From positions 43,114,562-43,178,561 of the forward strand of contig NC_068984.1 in NCBI RefSeq assembly GCF_001194135.2: a stretch of DNA of 64,000 nucleotides, given 5' to 3'. The notes under the pieces are model-generated. The model had not been told where the DNA came from. It was given only the letters and a program-made list of their open reading frames with translations, and ran no database searches. Positions within the stretch are counted from its first letter, which is position 1, and each line of letters starts with the position of its first letter. Positions 24,741-38,076 of this stretch are shown piece after piece. The position numbers and the translations under genes were made by a program. Source of the stretch: Octopus bimaculoides (lineage: Eukaryota).

Positions 24741-25350
24741 AAGGTTATATAAATCACAAAATTTTTTTGTTATGACTCACTGTCACCAATGAACAATAAA
24801 TATTTTTACATCCACCATATGTGAATAGCATGGTTGGTTATAAATTTCCAATTGACAACATGGAATAAGTATACTTATAAGGAGTATTGGGTGAATGTAC
24901 CAGCTGAGAGATTTAAGATATAGAGATATATAGGTATCTTTCTGTGGATACTCCAGTTGAAAAGAGTTAGATAAAGAGAAATGATGGCAAAGACGTGTTG
25001 GGATGTGCCATTGAAGGACATTGGGAGTGGTGAGAATAGGTTATGTAATATAGAGGCTTGAGCTGGGTGACAAGTAAATAGAGAGAAATATAAGAGAAAC
25101 TTTGGGGGAGGGGGACTTGTAAATATGTGAGGGTATTTAGGGTGACAGGTGGAGACAGTAGGCAGTGGGGAAGACAATGGGACGTGAAAGTTGGTTAAGG
25201 TGGGAGAAGAAAAGTAACTGAGAAGGGTAAGGAGTGTAGTAAGTGCCAATTCTGCTCTTAGGTGATAGAGGAAGTGATGGGTGTTACAGGATGAAATGTT
25301 GGGTGGGGAAGGGCAGAGCCCCTCACAGACAAGCATTATTAAGGTGGTTG

Positions 25351-25383
<33 letters not shown>

Positions 25384-25531
25384 GGCAGAGAGAGGGGGCA
25401 GAGAGGTGAGGAGAGNNNNNNNNNNNNNNNNNNNNNNNNNNNNNNNNNNNNNNNNNNNNNNNNNNNNTGTGTGTGTGTGTGTGTATCTCATATACATACA
25501 TATATAACAGTTGCAGAGAAAAACAACTCAC

Positions 25532-25656
25532 CTTTGGTACTAATTCTTGCAATAGGTTCCCCAGCCCGGTCTTCTTTACTCTTATATAAAGAAATAGTAT
25601 ATTCTCTAAAGACGCAATAATAACGCTTAAAATTCTTCAGAGTGAACTTTTTGGGT
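25532..25656 (-). CDS. FERMT2: Kindlin PH-domain exon (PKKFTLKNFKRYYCVFREYTISLYKSKEDRAGEPIARISTK)
   Basis: TTTTTAG acceptor, GTGAGT donor; 125 nt, phase 2/1. Completes the FKPKK basic motif with the upstream exon. Confidence 0.93.
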
Positions 25657-25786
25657 CTAAAAATAAAAAGACGTTCTATTAGAGAAAATATTAAAAAAAA
25701 AAAAGTAAAATAAGCACTACAATTTCCATACAGACAACACAAAAATTCACTAAATACTGATTTCTGACATCAGCATAAAGCTATAG

Positions 25787-26018
25787 GCACATGGCTCAGT
25801 GGTTAGAGTGTCGGCCTCACAATTACACGAGTTGCAATGTCACTGGTGCCAAGCTGTATCAGCCTTTGCCTTTCCCTTGGATGACATCGGTGACCTGGAG
25901 AGGAGAGGCTGGTATGCATGGGTGACTGCTGGTCTGCCATAAACAACCTTGTGCCTTAGAGAGTAACTTTCTAAATGTAATCCCATGGTCTTTTATGACC
26001 AAAGGAGGTCTTTTACCA
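25787..26018 (+). mobile_element. Probable tRNA-head SINE (family D)
   Basis: Begins GGCACATGGCTCAGTGGTTAGAGTG (A-box-like tRNA D-arm); GC-richer body. Only one clear copy in the window. Confidence 0.55.
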
Positions 26019-26792
26019 TATAAGGCTATAATTGGTGATAGCAGGGTACTTCGTATAGAGGATTGCAGTACCCGACTCATCTTGTTTTCACTGACCCTGA
26101 AACAATGAAAGGCAAGATCTACTTTAAAGGGATCACAACTCAGCAATGCAATTTATTTTTCTCTGCTGCTCTGCTGAATCTGCTAACCATTGTCTTCACC
26201 AAATAATATAGGGGCCACATGGCAACTGCTTGGTCAAACCTCATCCCCAACTTTTTGATAGCATGAGCTGGATGAACTGCTACGTGTTTTTAAAGTGAAT
26301 ACGTTTTGGTTTAATTTTATCTAATATAAATCTAATGTACAACTAGTTATAGACACTGAAGAAATTTAAATAGAATATCTGCCTCAATACTTCACTGTGA
26401 ACTGAAGCTAAAAACAAGTATTGTTATCAACCAAATACTGATTATTGAAAAATGGCGAGGGGAAAAAAAAAAAAAAAGCAGAATATCACCATTTAACATA
26501 TTTTCCAAACTGGTATGGCATGGATGGTTCAACAGGAATTAAGATAGAAAACTATGCCAGACCATGTCTGCTCTAGCATGGTGGCAACCAATTTAGAGAG
26601 TGTACCAGGTGCTTTTTATAGGGCAGCACCACCAGTGAGACCATCAAGTCATAAGTAAGACTCTTCAACCAAGGGATACAGTATTGGGAGAGGCAGCTTT
26701 ATGCCAGATGGTGAGAAGTTTTATTTTTGTCTTAAGAGGGTCTTCACAAACAAATACAAAAACAAATTGTGTGGGTATACACAAATATGCAT

Positions 26793-26825
<33 letters not shown>

Positions 26826-26856
26826 AGAAACAGTAAGAGAAGGTTAAAAACCTTAC

Positions 26857-27041
26857 TTGAATATTTTGATGAAAGCGTCTAACTCTGGTACGTTTGTGAT
26901 GTCATTTGAAGAAGGGGCCGTTGTCCCTTCCAAAGACTCTTTCAATTCTTTTAAGGCAGAATCAATATCATCCTCTTCTTGGCCGTCAGTTTGATCAAAT
27001 ATTTCAGGTTGTGGGTTTTGACTCTCCAATTGGACTTGTAA
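26857..27041 (-). CDS. FERMT2: Kindlin coding exon (LQVQLESQNPQPEIFDQTDGQEEDDIDSALKELKESLEG...DITNVPELDAFIKIF)
   Basis: TTCTCAG acceptor, GTAAG donor; 185 nt, phase 0/2. Not in the supplied ORF track; translated by hand. D.D.AL..L...LEG and DIT..PEL motifs. Confidence 0.92.
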
Positions 27042-27511
27042 CTGAGAAAAGAAACATTTTTTTAATACAAGGTTTTTGTTATTTTATATGCTTATTGTAA
27101 TTTTCTTTTACTTTATAGCTAGCATTTCTAATTAACTTCAGCAGCTTAAAAGAAAAAAAAATAAAGTTGAACAAGCTTTAACATCTAAGATTTTATAAAA
27201 TGGCAGTTAAAAAACGCCAATACACAATGATTTATAACATGTACAGATGACTGGCAGATTGCCTAATCCAACAACACAATAACTTCTCTATGTCCTCTCT
27301 ACTATAAATGCAGAACAATAATGAATGCAGCAATGCCTCTCATTGGGTCAAGAAGTACAGAATAGCATTAAAGAAAAAAGGTGAGCGACATCAGCGTAAC
27401 CAGGTCAATCAATTGCTTTAAGAACATTACAAACTAAATTTAATTTGAATATTTAGTTTTACTTCGGAAAAAGGTCTCTTTGTTTAGAACAGCGACAAAT
27501 GCAAGGATTTG

Positions 27512-27630
27512 GTGTGTGTGTGTGTGTGCCTTGGTGTGTGTGTGATGTGTGTTGGTGTATGTGTTGGTTGTGTGGTGTGGTGTTGTGGTGTGGTGTGGTG
27601 TTGTGGTGTGGTGTGGTGTGGTGTGTGTGT
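27512..27630. repeat. Compound (GT)n/(GTGGT)n microsatellite
   Basis: Read directly from the sequence. Confidence 0.9.
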
Positions 27631-28338
27631 AAGCATGTATGTCTGAGAGTTTAACATTAAAAAAGTTCCTATGGCCAAACACTGAACCTGTCTTAAGCTC
27701 TAGACTTGCTTCAAGAATAATAGCTGAGCTGGTTTTAAGTAATTGAAAAATAATTTTTTTTTTAAAAAAAGGCTTACTTTTCAATTAACAAGTTTTCAAT
27801 ATATTTTAAGTGTTTTGAAGTTTAGATAATTTCATCCATGACCTAGAGTGAACTAAATTCTATCAATTAGTCATGCCTCAAGGCACTATTTATTTATAAG
27901 GTAAGAAATGATAAGGTTGTTATAAACGACAATCAATTGCTACCAGAAACTGAAAGCAGATGGTAAATTCACTTTCTGAGGATTTAGCACAATGAATATG
28001 AGAACAGATTACTCTTAAACTCAAGTGTGGTATAACTGTTAATACCAAGGTTTATACTATAGTGTAATATTGGTTTAAAGTAGAAAGGAAAGAGTATTTT
28101 AGGTTTTTTTTTTTTTAAAGAAGGAGGTAAATTTATAGGAAGGGATATAATCAATTGAATTGGTTCATAAGATGTTACTGGTATTTACTTCAAGTTTGAA
28201 CTTTGAAAATAAATGAAGGAAGCTTAATAGAAAATACCTTCAATTGCATAAAACATCAATAGGTTTTCAAATAAACAAGCAATCTTTTTATATAAGTTCA
28301 ACAAAAAATTATATAGAAAATGACGTTTATTTTAACCT

Positions 28339-28368
28339 CACCACCACCACCACCACCACCACCACCAC
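28339..28368. repeat. (CAC)n microsatellite
   Basis: Read directly from the sequence; explains the poly-Thr ORF 28244-28471. Confidence 0.9.
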
Positions 28369-29112
28369 ACATCTCACAACAACCACCACAATCATCATGA
28401 TCACCACCACTAACATCTGTTTCTCCAATCTTGCAAGGTTTTTCACCCACATGAATATATTAACGCATTAACTGTAGAACAAATGGAGGAGTCTTCACTT
28501 TCAAAGTCTAGTCAAATCTTAAATCTCTGCAATACAAAGTACTATTGCCACACGTTCTACAATATGAACTACAGTAGAACATTTTCTGTACAGAAAGTAC
28601 ATAATTTATAGGTCTCCTCTAAACAAGACGGGTTCCACCCATGTCAATTTTTCCAAGTCTATGACACCACCTGGGACAGGCTTATCAGTGATGTGATGGC
28701 CTTATTGAAGGAAGTACAATTATGGGAAAAAAAAAATTTACAGCAAGACTCCACCAACATAAGGTAATATTCAAAGCATGAAAAATGTTTGTCTCCAGCC
28801 AACAAAGTAGTACATACAATTATGGGTTTGTCTTTTACATTAATGGTTTTGTGCTAGCATGAAATATAGAGAAAGCAATTTAATATATTAAAAGTTTGAA
28901 AAATATTTTCCTTCTAAAATTATGATTCTGTATCTAAGTGCTCTGAAACCAACCTATATAAATTATTTGCGGACTCACAGAATCAAGAGGACCCATGCAA
29001 ACAGATCGAAATGGAAAAGGAAAGAAAAGCTACAGAGAGAGAGAGAGAGAAAGAGAAAGAAAGAGAAAGAGTAGAGCATTGAATGATTATTCCAAAAGAA
29101 AGCTGTTCTCAC

Positions 29113-29220
29113 CTGTAAGCCAGCAAACATTACCATCTCTTCTTCAGTACAGTCTATTTCTTCGGATATCAAAGCCCATTTAGCTTGCTCATAGATTTGG
29201 TTTATTCGGACACTGTCATA
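29113..29220 (-). CDS. FERMT2: Kindlin F2 exon ([36 protein letters not shown])
   Basis: TTTAAAG acceptor, GTGAGA donor; 108 nt, phase 0/0. RINQxYEQAKW and CTEEEM motifs. Confidence 0.95.
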
Positions 29221-30096
29221 CTTTAAAAAAATAAATAAAAGAAAAGAAAAATTACATTGTTATTTGCTGTCCATTGCACACAAGTCAACAATGTATTTAT
29301 TTACAGGTACAGGTTTTAAAAAAGATATTTAATTGCTAACTATATATTTCTTATAGTCTTTCATTTCCCTAACTTTGAAGTTTGTTCAAGAAAATTTTGA
29401 AATTCTAAAGTTGTAATTTAAAAGCAAAATTTTAAAACCGTGAGGAAACAATTTTTTTATTTTTTTAAACTCTTTTGGTCAAGATAGCAAGGACAATGCT
29501 CAAGACTCATTTTGAAGCTTCCTAAACTGGAGGTCTGACCTGAGTGCTTGCAACAGAGCAGAATCTGCTAAAGTAACTAAAGAGCCAAGTGGAAGTGTTA
29601 CACTATATGGCAGATTAAGTACCACCCAAGTATGCTGAAGTAGAATTTTTTTTTACTCAGAATGCAAAGAATAGGAACAAATACTCCAAGACAGAGCTAA
29701 CATTCTGACATTTCTGTCAATCTACAGACCAAGTTGATAACAACACTCGAAGGATGAAAGGATAAGTTGGCCATGGTGGGATTCAAACTTAAAAGACACG
29801 ATGCCAGAATAAACACAAGGCATTTTGTCCAAAACTCTAATGACACTACCAACTGAGAAAGAATACAAAGAGTGTGAAAAGATGAGAGATTAGGGCAGAG
29901 AGAGAGATCAGAGGCAAAAGCAAAAAAACAAAAACCAAACATACATGCATGTGCACAGCAATCAAGTAATCAGTATCTGAAATTTATATTTCTCACAGCT
30001 GTTTCATGACGGTTCTGTTGACTATAGATTAGCTGCTAGAAAATGTGTGCAATATATATTTATTCAATACTCTTCTCACTAGTATAACAACAGACT

Positions 30097-30131
<35 letters not shown>

Positions 30132-30432
30132 AAGGGAGAAGGAGAGATATTTATTTTGCTGTATGCAGATTATGTCAGTGAATGTGTATGCATAGTAAGC
30201 TTGAGTGACATGCACATATGTAAGTCCATGTATGTAGGTCTATTTGCATGCAGTATTAAAAGTGCGTTTGTATATGAGAACAGTGTGTGTGTGTGTGTGT
30301 GGAGCAACAGTAACAAAATCAAACAATAACTTCCATCATGCACACAAAAGCTGTTAACAAGACATTGTAATAAAAATATTTATTATGAATATAAACATAT
30401 GTATTGAACAGTCAAACTATAGTTGTTCCACT

Positions 30433-30476
<44 letters not shown>

Positions 30477-31250
30477 GACTCTACAACTATAGACACAAAC
30501 TATAACTAACAGACAGACATGCAGACAGCTAAAAATACTGATCACCCCCCCCCCCCCCCATTAAAAGCAGACCCATACATACAAACACTGACCATCATCC
30601 AAACAAACATAGGCCGGTGCATACACACAGACCCACACATACATTGTTTGCAGCATGTTTATAGCACATCAATAGCTAGCAGAATCAATAGCTTATACTT
30701 TTGTATCCCACCAGCATCACTATCACCACCACCACCACCCTGCTGCTCTCCCAGCCAGCCATAGAGGATGGAGTGGGAGAGGGAAGAAGCAGCATGGTGC
30801 TATCATCAAGATTGGTAGTAGTTGCCACAAAATATACATACATATACACATGTATACAGAAACACACAATATATACATTATACACACATAACTGACAGTC
30901 ATAGTAATGGTGGTCAGTATTGTAGATACAAGGAATGGTAATTGACACAAGAACTAGAAAAGGATTGGAGGAAGTACATGACTTCAATAGAAAATCACTC
31001 CCCTATCCCCACTTCCAACCAGCCAGATCTGTTAGTGTTTAAGCACCACACTACATCCTATACTATCAACTACAAGTGGAAAACAACTTGTGATGACAAG
31101 GAGGAAACTGTATGACATTTCATTGCAATAAGAATTCTATAGAGTAACAGCACAAACAAGTGTGCAATAGCTGAGTTTAGGGGATCATTCATGCAATGGC
31201 TAGCCATTGTTATTTTCTTAGATCATTATTATAATATCACTATTATTATA

Positions 31251-31480
31251 AGGCAGCGAGCTGGCTGAATTGGTAGCATGCCAGGAAAAATGCTTAGCAG
31301 CATTTTATCCATCTTTACATTCTGAGTTCAAATTCCACTAAGGTCAACTTTGCGTTTCATCCTTTCGGTGTCAATGAAATAAGTACCAATTGAACATTGG
31401 GGGGGGGGGGTCGATGTAATCAACTTACCCCACCCCTGAAATTGCTGGCCTTGTGTCAAAATTTGAAATTATTATTACAA
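31251..31480 (+). mobile_element. tRNA-head SINE family C, best-preserved copy
   Basis: AGGCAGCGAGCTGGCTGAATTGGTAG head, B-box-like GAGTTCAAATTCC, (ATT)n end. Confidence 0.8.
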
Positions 31481-33900
31481 TAAAAATAAAAATGAATTTA
31501 GGCTAGAATAGTTTATGAAAACTTTATGGCAATACATAGTCAACTACCCACCACTATCATGTCAACCACAGAAATTTAATGCTACCCAACCTTTAACACA
31601 AATATTTCATGAGAAGTTTTTACTAGTGTTCTCGCTTATGGGTTGTGGTTGTTTTAAGACAACTGTGTTGGGATGATACACAAAAAAAAAAGTTCATGTA
31701 GTGTCTTTATGGATTGGGTTTCACTGTCATGCAGCACTTTATACACACTTGATTTCTGTATATCCCTATGAAGAGATTATTTCCTTCTCAAAAGAACAGT
31801 TTTAGCCTATTAGCTGTGAAAATGCATCCAGGAGATAAAAAAATAAGAAATAAAGAACAGATGAGGTTACTTTGGTCATGATGACGACATCATTCTTAAC
31901 TTAATATCTATATTTTCATGAATTAAAATTTGCAAATTAACTTTTGTCACCAGTTTTGTTATGACTAATACACATAGACCATGCTGTGGTAGAGAAAGCC
32001 TCCAGCCAATGAACCCGTGACAAAATCAGGAACATGTGAAGAGATTTGGACTACACAAGTCAACTTACAAGCTATCCTTCAAAGAGGGTAGAAATGGAAT
32101 AAGCAATTTTTAATCCAGCTATAAAAAACTGAATGGTAAAATAGCATGATGAAATGCAATCAGTTCATTAGATAAGATGGACAACAAGCTTCACCATTGT
32201 TCTCAGTTATGTGCATCAGGTAATGAAGGACTGCAGGAGACAGCAAAATAACTGCACAGTGGCTGATGAGACACTGGGAAACCCAAACCCATGCCAGTAT
32301 AGAAAAAAAAGACATAAAATGATAATGTCATCTGTCCTAGATACTACCTGATATTTGTTTTTGAAATACTTCTTTCTCAGACTCCACTTACATTTCAAAC
32401 CAATGAGGGAACCTGTATATCATCACTCAAGCTAGAAATAACCAAATCTCCCTCAAATCACACAATCCTAGAATCAATTATGCCTGGAAATAAAGAAAAA
32501 AAAGGCTGCTTGGCCAAGGATGACCTAGAACTAGACGACAGTTCCAAGGAATATATCTTCAAACCTTTAACCAGCCCTATACAGCCTAAATATTTTATTT
32601 TTCTGGTCAAACTGGCTAGATCATTCTAAAAATAAACAATTATATCATTGAAATCTCAAAGCTATAACTCATGATTAACTCCAAACAATGTGAATGAGCA
32701 CCACATTTGGCGAAATAGGAAATAATTTCTAATATTCACATCTAACCTAAAGCATGTCTACTATGCAACACTGATGGTTCTTCTGCCCCACCCCTACCCG
32801 CCAAAAAACTGCAGAAACATGTATTTGGGAAGATGAAGTTTTATTCATAGGTTTCTTCAATCATGAATGGCCTGGGGTTTAACAACAATAACTAAGCACT
32901 TCTTTGCATAGGAGAACCATCCATCCCTATTAAATATTCATGTCAAAACAGACATCTGTCTGGTGTGCTGGCCACAGAATTTTATACCAGGCACTTATTC
33001 AATTAATACATGCTAAAATTGTTCTCCAAAGTCTCAAAGAGCATGGATCATACACAAGCTATATATTATATTTCAAAGATATTATGTAAAAGATAAGAGT
33101 CACGGCTTGAGGTCAGTATAAACCTATTATGAATAAAACGATTTTATCGCCAACAATTCAAACATTTGACAAAACATTGAAATAGATTCATAAAAATCCA
33201 GCCTTCACATTGGGGGGGGAAACTATCAACACTAAGAAATTACAAAGCAATGAAAACCTACTTAAGAGCTACTAGAGAACAAAATTAAAATAAAATTAAA
33301 AAAATAGAGAACTGCAAAAATGAGATACTATTTCTAAAAGGAAAAATTGCTTCATTTGAAAGACATCACTACACAACTAAAATAATGGAACACTGGACTT
33401 TTCAGTTCAGATCCCGACAGGTTAATTTGCCTAGGCATCGATATAGAAAAAAAAAAAAAAAAAAAAAAAAAAAAGATAAAGTACCAGTAATAAGATTATT
33501 CAGAATTAGATTACTCTTTCCCTCTGTTTCTCTTAAAATTTTACTTGAAGAGTAAGAAATAAAGACAGAAAATGATGAGTTGATTTTTAGCCCTTACAAA
33601 TCAGGACTAAGATCATTTATACAGTGTATTCAAAACCTACATTATCTAAAGTGTTCTTCCTGTTTTTAATATAGTGCTGTGATTTGAGGAATATTTAGTT
33701 ACTATTTTTATGGTCAAGACTATGTCGGACATTAGCTGCATCAAACTCCCCAGTCTGGAAGAGACAGTAAAGGTTATAAGGTGCTACGCCTTCCCTAACG
33801 TTAAAAAAAAGAAAAGAGGGTTGTCTTGAAATATGCTTTCATAAAGTTATTAAGCAAATGATATTAAAAGATAGTACACAAAAAAATTATCAACACTAAC

Positions 33901-34003
33901 CTTTGGACTGAGGTCATAGAATGTGAAAAACTTAAACCTAAGTAAAAGTAGATGTCTTTCACGGATACCTTGTTCCATTAATGAAATTGAAGAATCAAGC
34001 CAT
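33901..34003 (-). CDS. FERMT2: Kindlin coding exon ([34 protein letters not shown])
   Basis: CCCCACAG acceptor, GTTAGT donor; 103 nt, phase 2/0. WLDSSxSLMEQ and LRFK motifs; translated by hand. Confidence 0.94.
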
Positions 34004-34080
34004 CTGTGGGGGGGAAAAAAAAAATTCCATGAGATTTTTTAGTATAAACATCAAACAATATTTTCTACATGTAAAAGAGA

Positions 34081-34350
34081 AGGTACATGGTTTAATGGTT
34101 ATGGTGTTGCACTCACTATCACAAGGTCGTGGTTTCAATTCCAAGACTGGTGGTGTGTTGCTTTTAAGCAAAATACTTCAATTTCATGATACTCCAGGCC
34201 ACTCAGCTGTAAATGGATAAACCCTGTGACAGACAAGTATCTTGTTCAGGGAAAATGTTGGCCCACCCACCTGGCCAATGGGATGCATCATTTGAAGAAC
34301 TACAACAATGCAAGGAAGAGCATTGTAACCCAGCAGTGTATAACATCCAA
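34081..34350 (+). mobile_element. Probable tRNA-head SINE with a Nin/Deu-like central core
   Basis: Head with degenerate A/B boxes (TGGTTTAATGGTTA; GGTTTCAATTCC) followed by CCACTCAGCTGTAAATGGATAAACCCTGTGACAGAC. Confidence 0.45.
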
Positions 34351-36122
34351 TAGTATGGTCGATATAGTGATATATATAAAATCCTCATTTATTGTCCATG
34401 TTGGCATGGGTTGGACGACATGACAACAGCTGGCAAGCTACACCAGACTCCAGTCTGATGTGGCATGGATTCTACAGTTGGATGCCCTTCCTAATGCCAA
34501 CCACTTTACAGAGTGTTAAGAAAGACATCCAGCAATAACACATTATTAGACTCAATTCCGAAAGTTTTTAAGGGCAGAGGCAAAACCTGAAATAAAATAT
34601 TAGGTAGTAATATCAGTCTACCTCTCATACAGTTACTTTTTGCAAACCATTTCAGCCTTGAGTCTATTAACTGTGTAGCACCAACAACCATATGTCGCAT
34701 GCATTACAGTAATAATTTTACACATCCACTAATTTGTTTGGAACAAGTTCACTTATTTTTGCTTGTTTTGTGTGTGTAATATATATGTACTTTCAAAGCA
34801 TTCAAGTTCATGGAATATCTTATGTGCCCCCATGGGGCCATTTCATGTTTTGTAAGCAAATATGTCACAGAGAATATTTTTGCCAGAAGTCTAATACTCA
34901 CTGTTGTGAATCATTCACGTTGTGAAATGTATACCTTTACCTATAAAATATGTATGTATGTATGTATGTATATATAGGTAATGGTTACAGTGTGAAATTT
35001 TTAATCCAAAGTTAGCACTGAACAGGAGGCAATTAGCAATGCTGCTGGCTAAAGAAATATTTGCGCAAAAGAATACATTAAGTAGTGCAGCATAATCTCA
35101 CTAGTTTGGTTAAATGCCACAGGGAGCATATAATATAAAAAGAAAAGAAAATCCCACAAGAAGAAAACTAGAAAGTAATTAACAGTGAAAATCAGATGAT
35201 ATATATTCATTCATATACCATTATCCTACTGGCATTTAATCAATGGTAAAAGTTGTATTCAAACAGAGAAAATGAAGGTATTGTACTCCTGTTAGATGGG
35301 TTTAAAAAATAACACAAAAGGTCATCTGTTGAATTTAATAGCAGAGAGTAAAATGTAGTGCTTCTCTGATAAGCAGAATATTATTCTTTCACTATTATAA
35401 CATACAAGGAAAATAGATCTATAGCTGTTAGGAATGCAAGAGTTAGAATAAAAAAAATTAAAAAATAAAAAAAAGTTGCATTTTCAAATCATCATCGTTC
35501 AATGTCCGCTTTCCATGCTGGCATGGGATGGACAGTTTGACTGGGGACTGACAAGCCAGAAGGCTGTACCAGCACTGCAGAAAATAAAATTCATAGATAT
35601 AAGCATATATACATGCACCTATACATACATGAGCACATGCGCGCACGTGTGTGCATGTGCGTGTGTGCATGGTCATGTGGCTAAGAAGTTTATGCATATA
35701 TAGAACTAAATAAAATGATTTAATGAGTATGCAAACTGCAAAACCATGTATGGATGTGTAGAATATGCATATATAAATAAGTATTTGAATGCAGTTATGT
35801 TTGTGTCGCTTTGTGCAGATATGGGAAATTTGGCAAGAGTTAAACTGAATGCATTGCACAAGTGCATCCACAGGAAAAAGATAATATATGTGCTGATGGG
35901 AATATATGAAGACAAACATCTCAACACATGTAGCAACAGACACACCATACAGGTTATTTTTAAATGTATGTAATGTGAAAATGAGTGAAACTAAGAGCAT
36001 GTGCAAGATATATAGATCTAACAAGACTGCTACACAAACCAGACAATATGTAATACACAATTCGCAAAGATTCACAAAATAAATAAATAAATAAACTTTA
36101 AACATTGCTAATATATCCTTAC

Positions 36123-36349
36123 CCTTTATTCATTCTGGCCTTTTCTGCAAAGGTCTTTGGACGCAACAGCAGATTGAAAGCTTCCTTGGTAGGTTTATGA
36201 GGACCATTGAGCAATATTTGCTCATAGCCTCCATCTAAGTGCAGGCTGTGCATTGATCCTGCAAAATAGCTGTTGTTGGCATTAAATGTGTTTTGAGGAG
36301 AGTTGGATGATAAACTATGTACGCTACCAGGACTGTGATGTAACGTGCT
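36123..36349 (-). CDS. FERMT2: Kindlin F1-loop exon (STLHHSPGSVHSLSSNSPQNTFNANNSYFAGSMHSL...LRPKTFAEKARMNKG)
   Basis: CATTTCAG acceptor, GTAAG donor; 227 nt, phase 0/2. The 3' end matches PxxxxEKARxNxG|W. The 5' boundary was chosen because it preserves frame with the upstream exon. Confidence 0.85.
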
Positions 36350-37665
36350 CTGAAATGAGACATAAATGATGAAATTAAGTCATTGGAAAATATCAGAAGT
36401 TTATATTTATTCACATTGTACCAGTATCTAGTCACACAAACACACAGTTTTATACAAGATTGCACATAATGGCAGAAGTAGAAGAGGATAAGATATGGAG
36501 TACTAAGTCACAATGCAAGTGTCTCGTATCTGGGCAGCACAATTATATATACCTCAGTTGATCTAGCTATCAGACAGAGATAGAGATATCTAATCTTCTA
36601 AGGATGTTACCAGCAAAGGATGTTATGTCTATGAAGAGATTAATCTTGCCTACGTAATATGATGAAATCTGATCTCAGGTTTGTCCTAATTAAGATACTT
36701 TGAAAGCATTCACATTTTTTCATGTGCATTGTTTGCACAAATAAGTAGTCATTCGTAAATATGTTGGGAGACAAATGCTCAAATACAAGCATATAGCAAC
36801 AGATACTCCAAACAAGTTACCATTTGTTTCAAATATAACTCACATTCCAACAATATGGATAGTTACTAGAGGCTATAGAAAAGTCTATAAAACATATCCA
36901 AGGTAACGGAATTTGATAATGCATTTTCAGTTGATGTTCACCAAAATTTCTATTCTCTGTATTTCAGAAACAATTAAATCAGTCATCTATCTTCAATACT
37001 AAACTAAATTAATCTGATTTCTTCAAAAATGTTAACAAACATACTGTATTGCTGTCATCAGCAGTAAAGACTATCTTTACAAATGAATATAGAATGGTTC
37101 AACCTTAAGCCAATCTTTTTCTAATCTGTAACCACAATTAACAGTGCCAAATTTGAACTGCCCTGCAAACTAACGAAATATTTATACAATCTTCCTACTG
37201 ACTTTAACAGTAAACTATTTACAGCTAGATTGGCTGCACCATTTAAGAGTTAGATATTTAGGTCATGGATTCAATATAGCTGTGATGAAGCTAACAAACC
37301 TGTATCACTTCATCCTGCAGTCCATCTATAGTTACAACACTATAAGCAGAGAGGAATGGATGGCAGAATTGGTAGAGTATCAGACAAAACATTTATTTCT
37401 TGATTCCAAATTCTATTCATGCTGACAGTGTGATTTGACATCAAATTGTGGGTCAATATTAGTGATTACACACTTAACAGGTGCTACTCAATATAGATGA
37501 CCAAAGTGAAATGGCTAAAATCAGTAAAACAGGTGTATTGTTGTTCAAGATTATTTGGAAATGATTCCTTAACATTCTTCAATCATGCTTGATGTGCTTA
37601 GCTTGTACATCCTTTTGCTTCACAGAACAAAAAGAAAACAAGACAAGTGTCTGAACACAACATAC

Positions 37666-37865
37666 CTGTGGTGAGCGGTTTGAGTGTGGGCTGTAAAAAT
37701 CAAGACTATTTGAGGAGTTATTGTGGCTGTTTGGAGAATCAACATATGGACTCATTGGTTGCTTTTGTCGATGACGTTTATGTTGAACAGGGATAAGTGT
37801 GTTTTTCTTCAGATCTTCTTTTTCTAATTTCCTCATCAGCGAAAGTTCTTCAGGATGGCGGATTC
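37666..37865 (-). CDS. FERMT2: Most upstream kindlin exon found (G-IRHPEELSLMRKLEKEDLKKN...NRSPQ)
   Basis: CCTTCTCAG acceptor, GTATG donor; 200 nt, phase 1/0. IRHPEELSL is a kindlin F1 signature. Confidence 0.92.
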
Positions 37866-38076
37866 CTGAGAAGGAAAGAATTAAAAGAGTTTATATAAAA
37901 TATAATTACTGGGTGCTCATTTAAGACTTCTTGAATGCTCTCAAATTCATACCTATGTTTGCTAATCTCTAATTAGACAAACATGAGATAAGACAGTTCT
38001 AACCTTATACTCTATGTTATAAGAGGTTATCACATGCAAGACAAGAGGGAAATTTATTAGCTGCATACCCCTGTTA

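Noticed and set aside
24875-25620. Long ORFs in the supplied track (225 aa and 125 aa), and similar ones at 35458-36105, 41807-42371 and 55985-56335
   Set aside because: They run through N gaps, microsatellites or low-complexity sequence and have no protein-like motifs.
25787-25860. Possible tRNA gene
   Set aside because: Only the A-box-like 5' part is tRNA-like, with no cloverleaf; interpreted as a SINE head.
36123-36258. Initial shorter call for the F1-loop exon
   Set aside because: Phase is incompatible with the upstream phase-0 donor; the acceptor at 36349 restores the frame. The internal site is kept as a finding.
37952-37967. Possible 16-nt phase-1 micro-exon (AG...ATAG|GTATGA) just upstream of the IRHPEE exon
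   Set aside because: The peptide does not resemble the expected LCKELG context and the polypyrimidine tract is weak.
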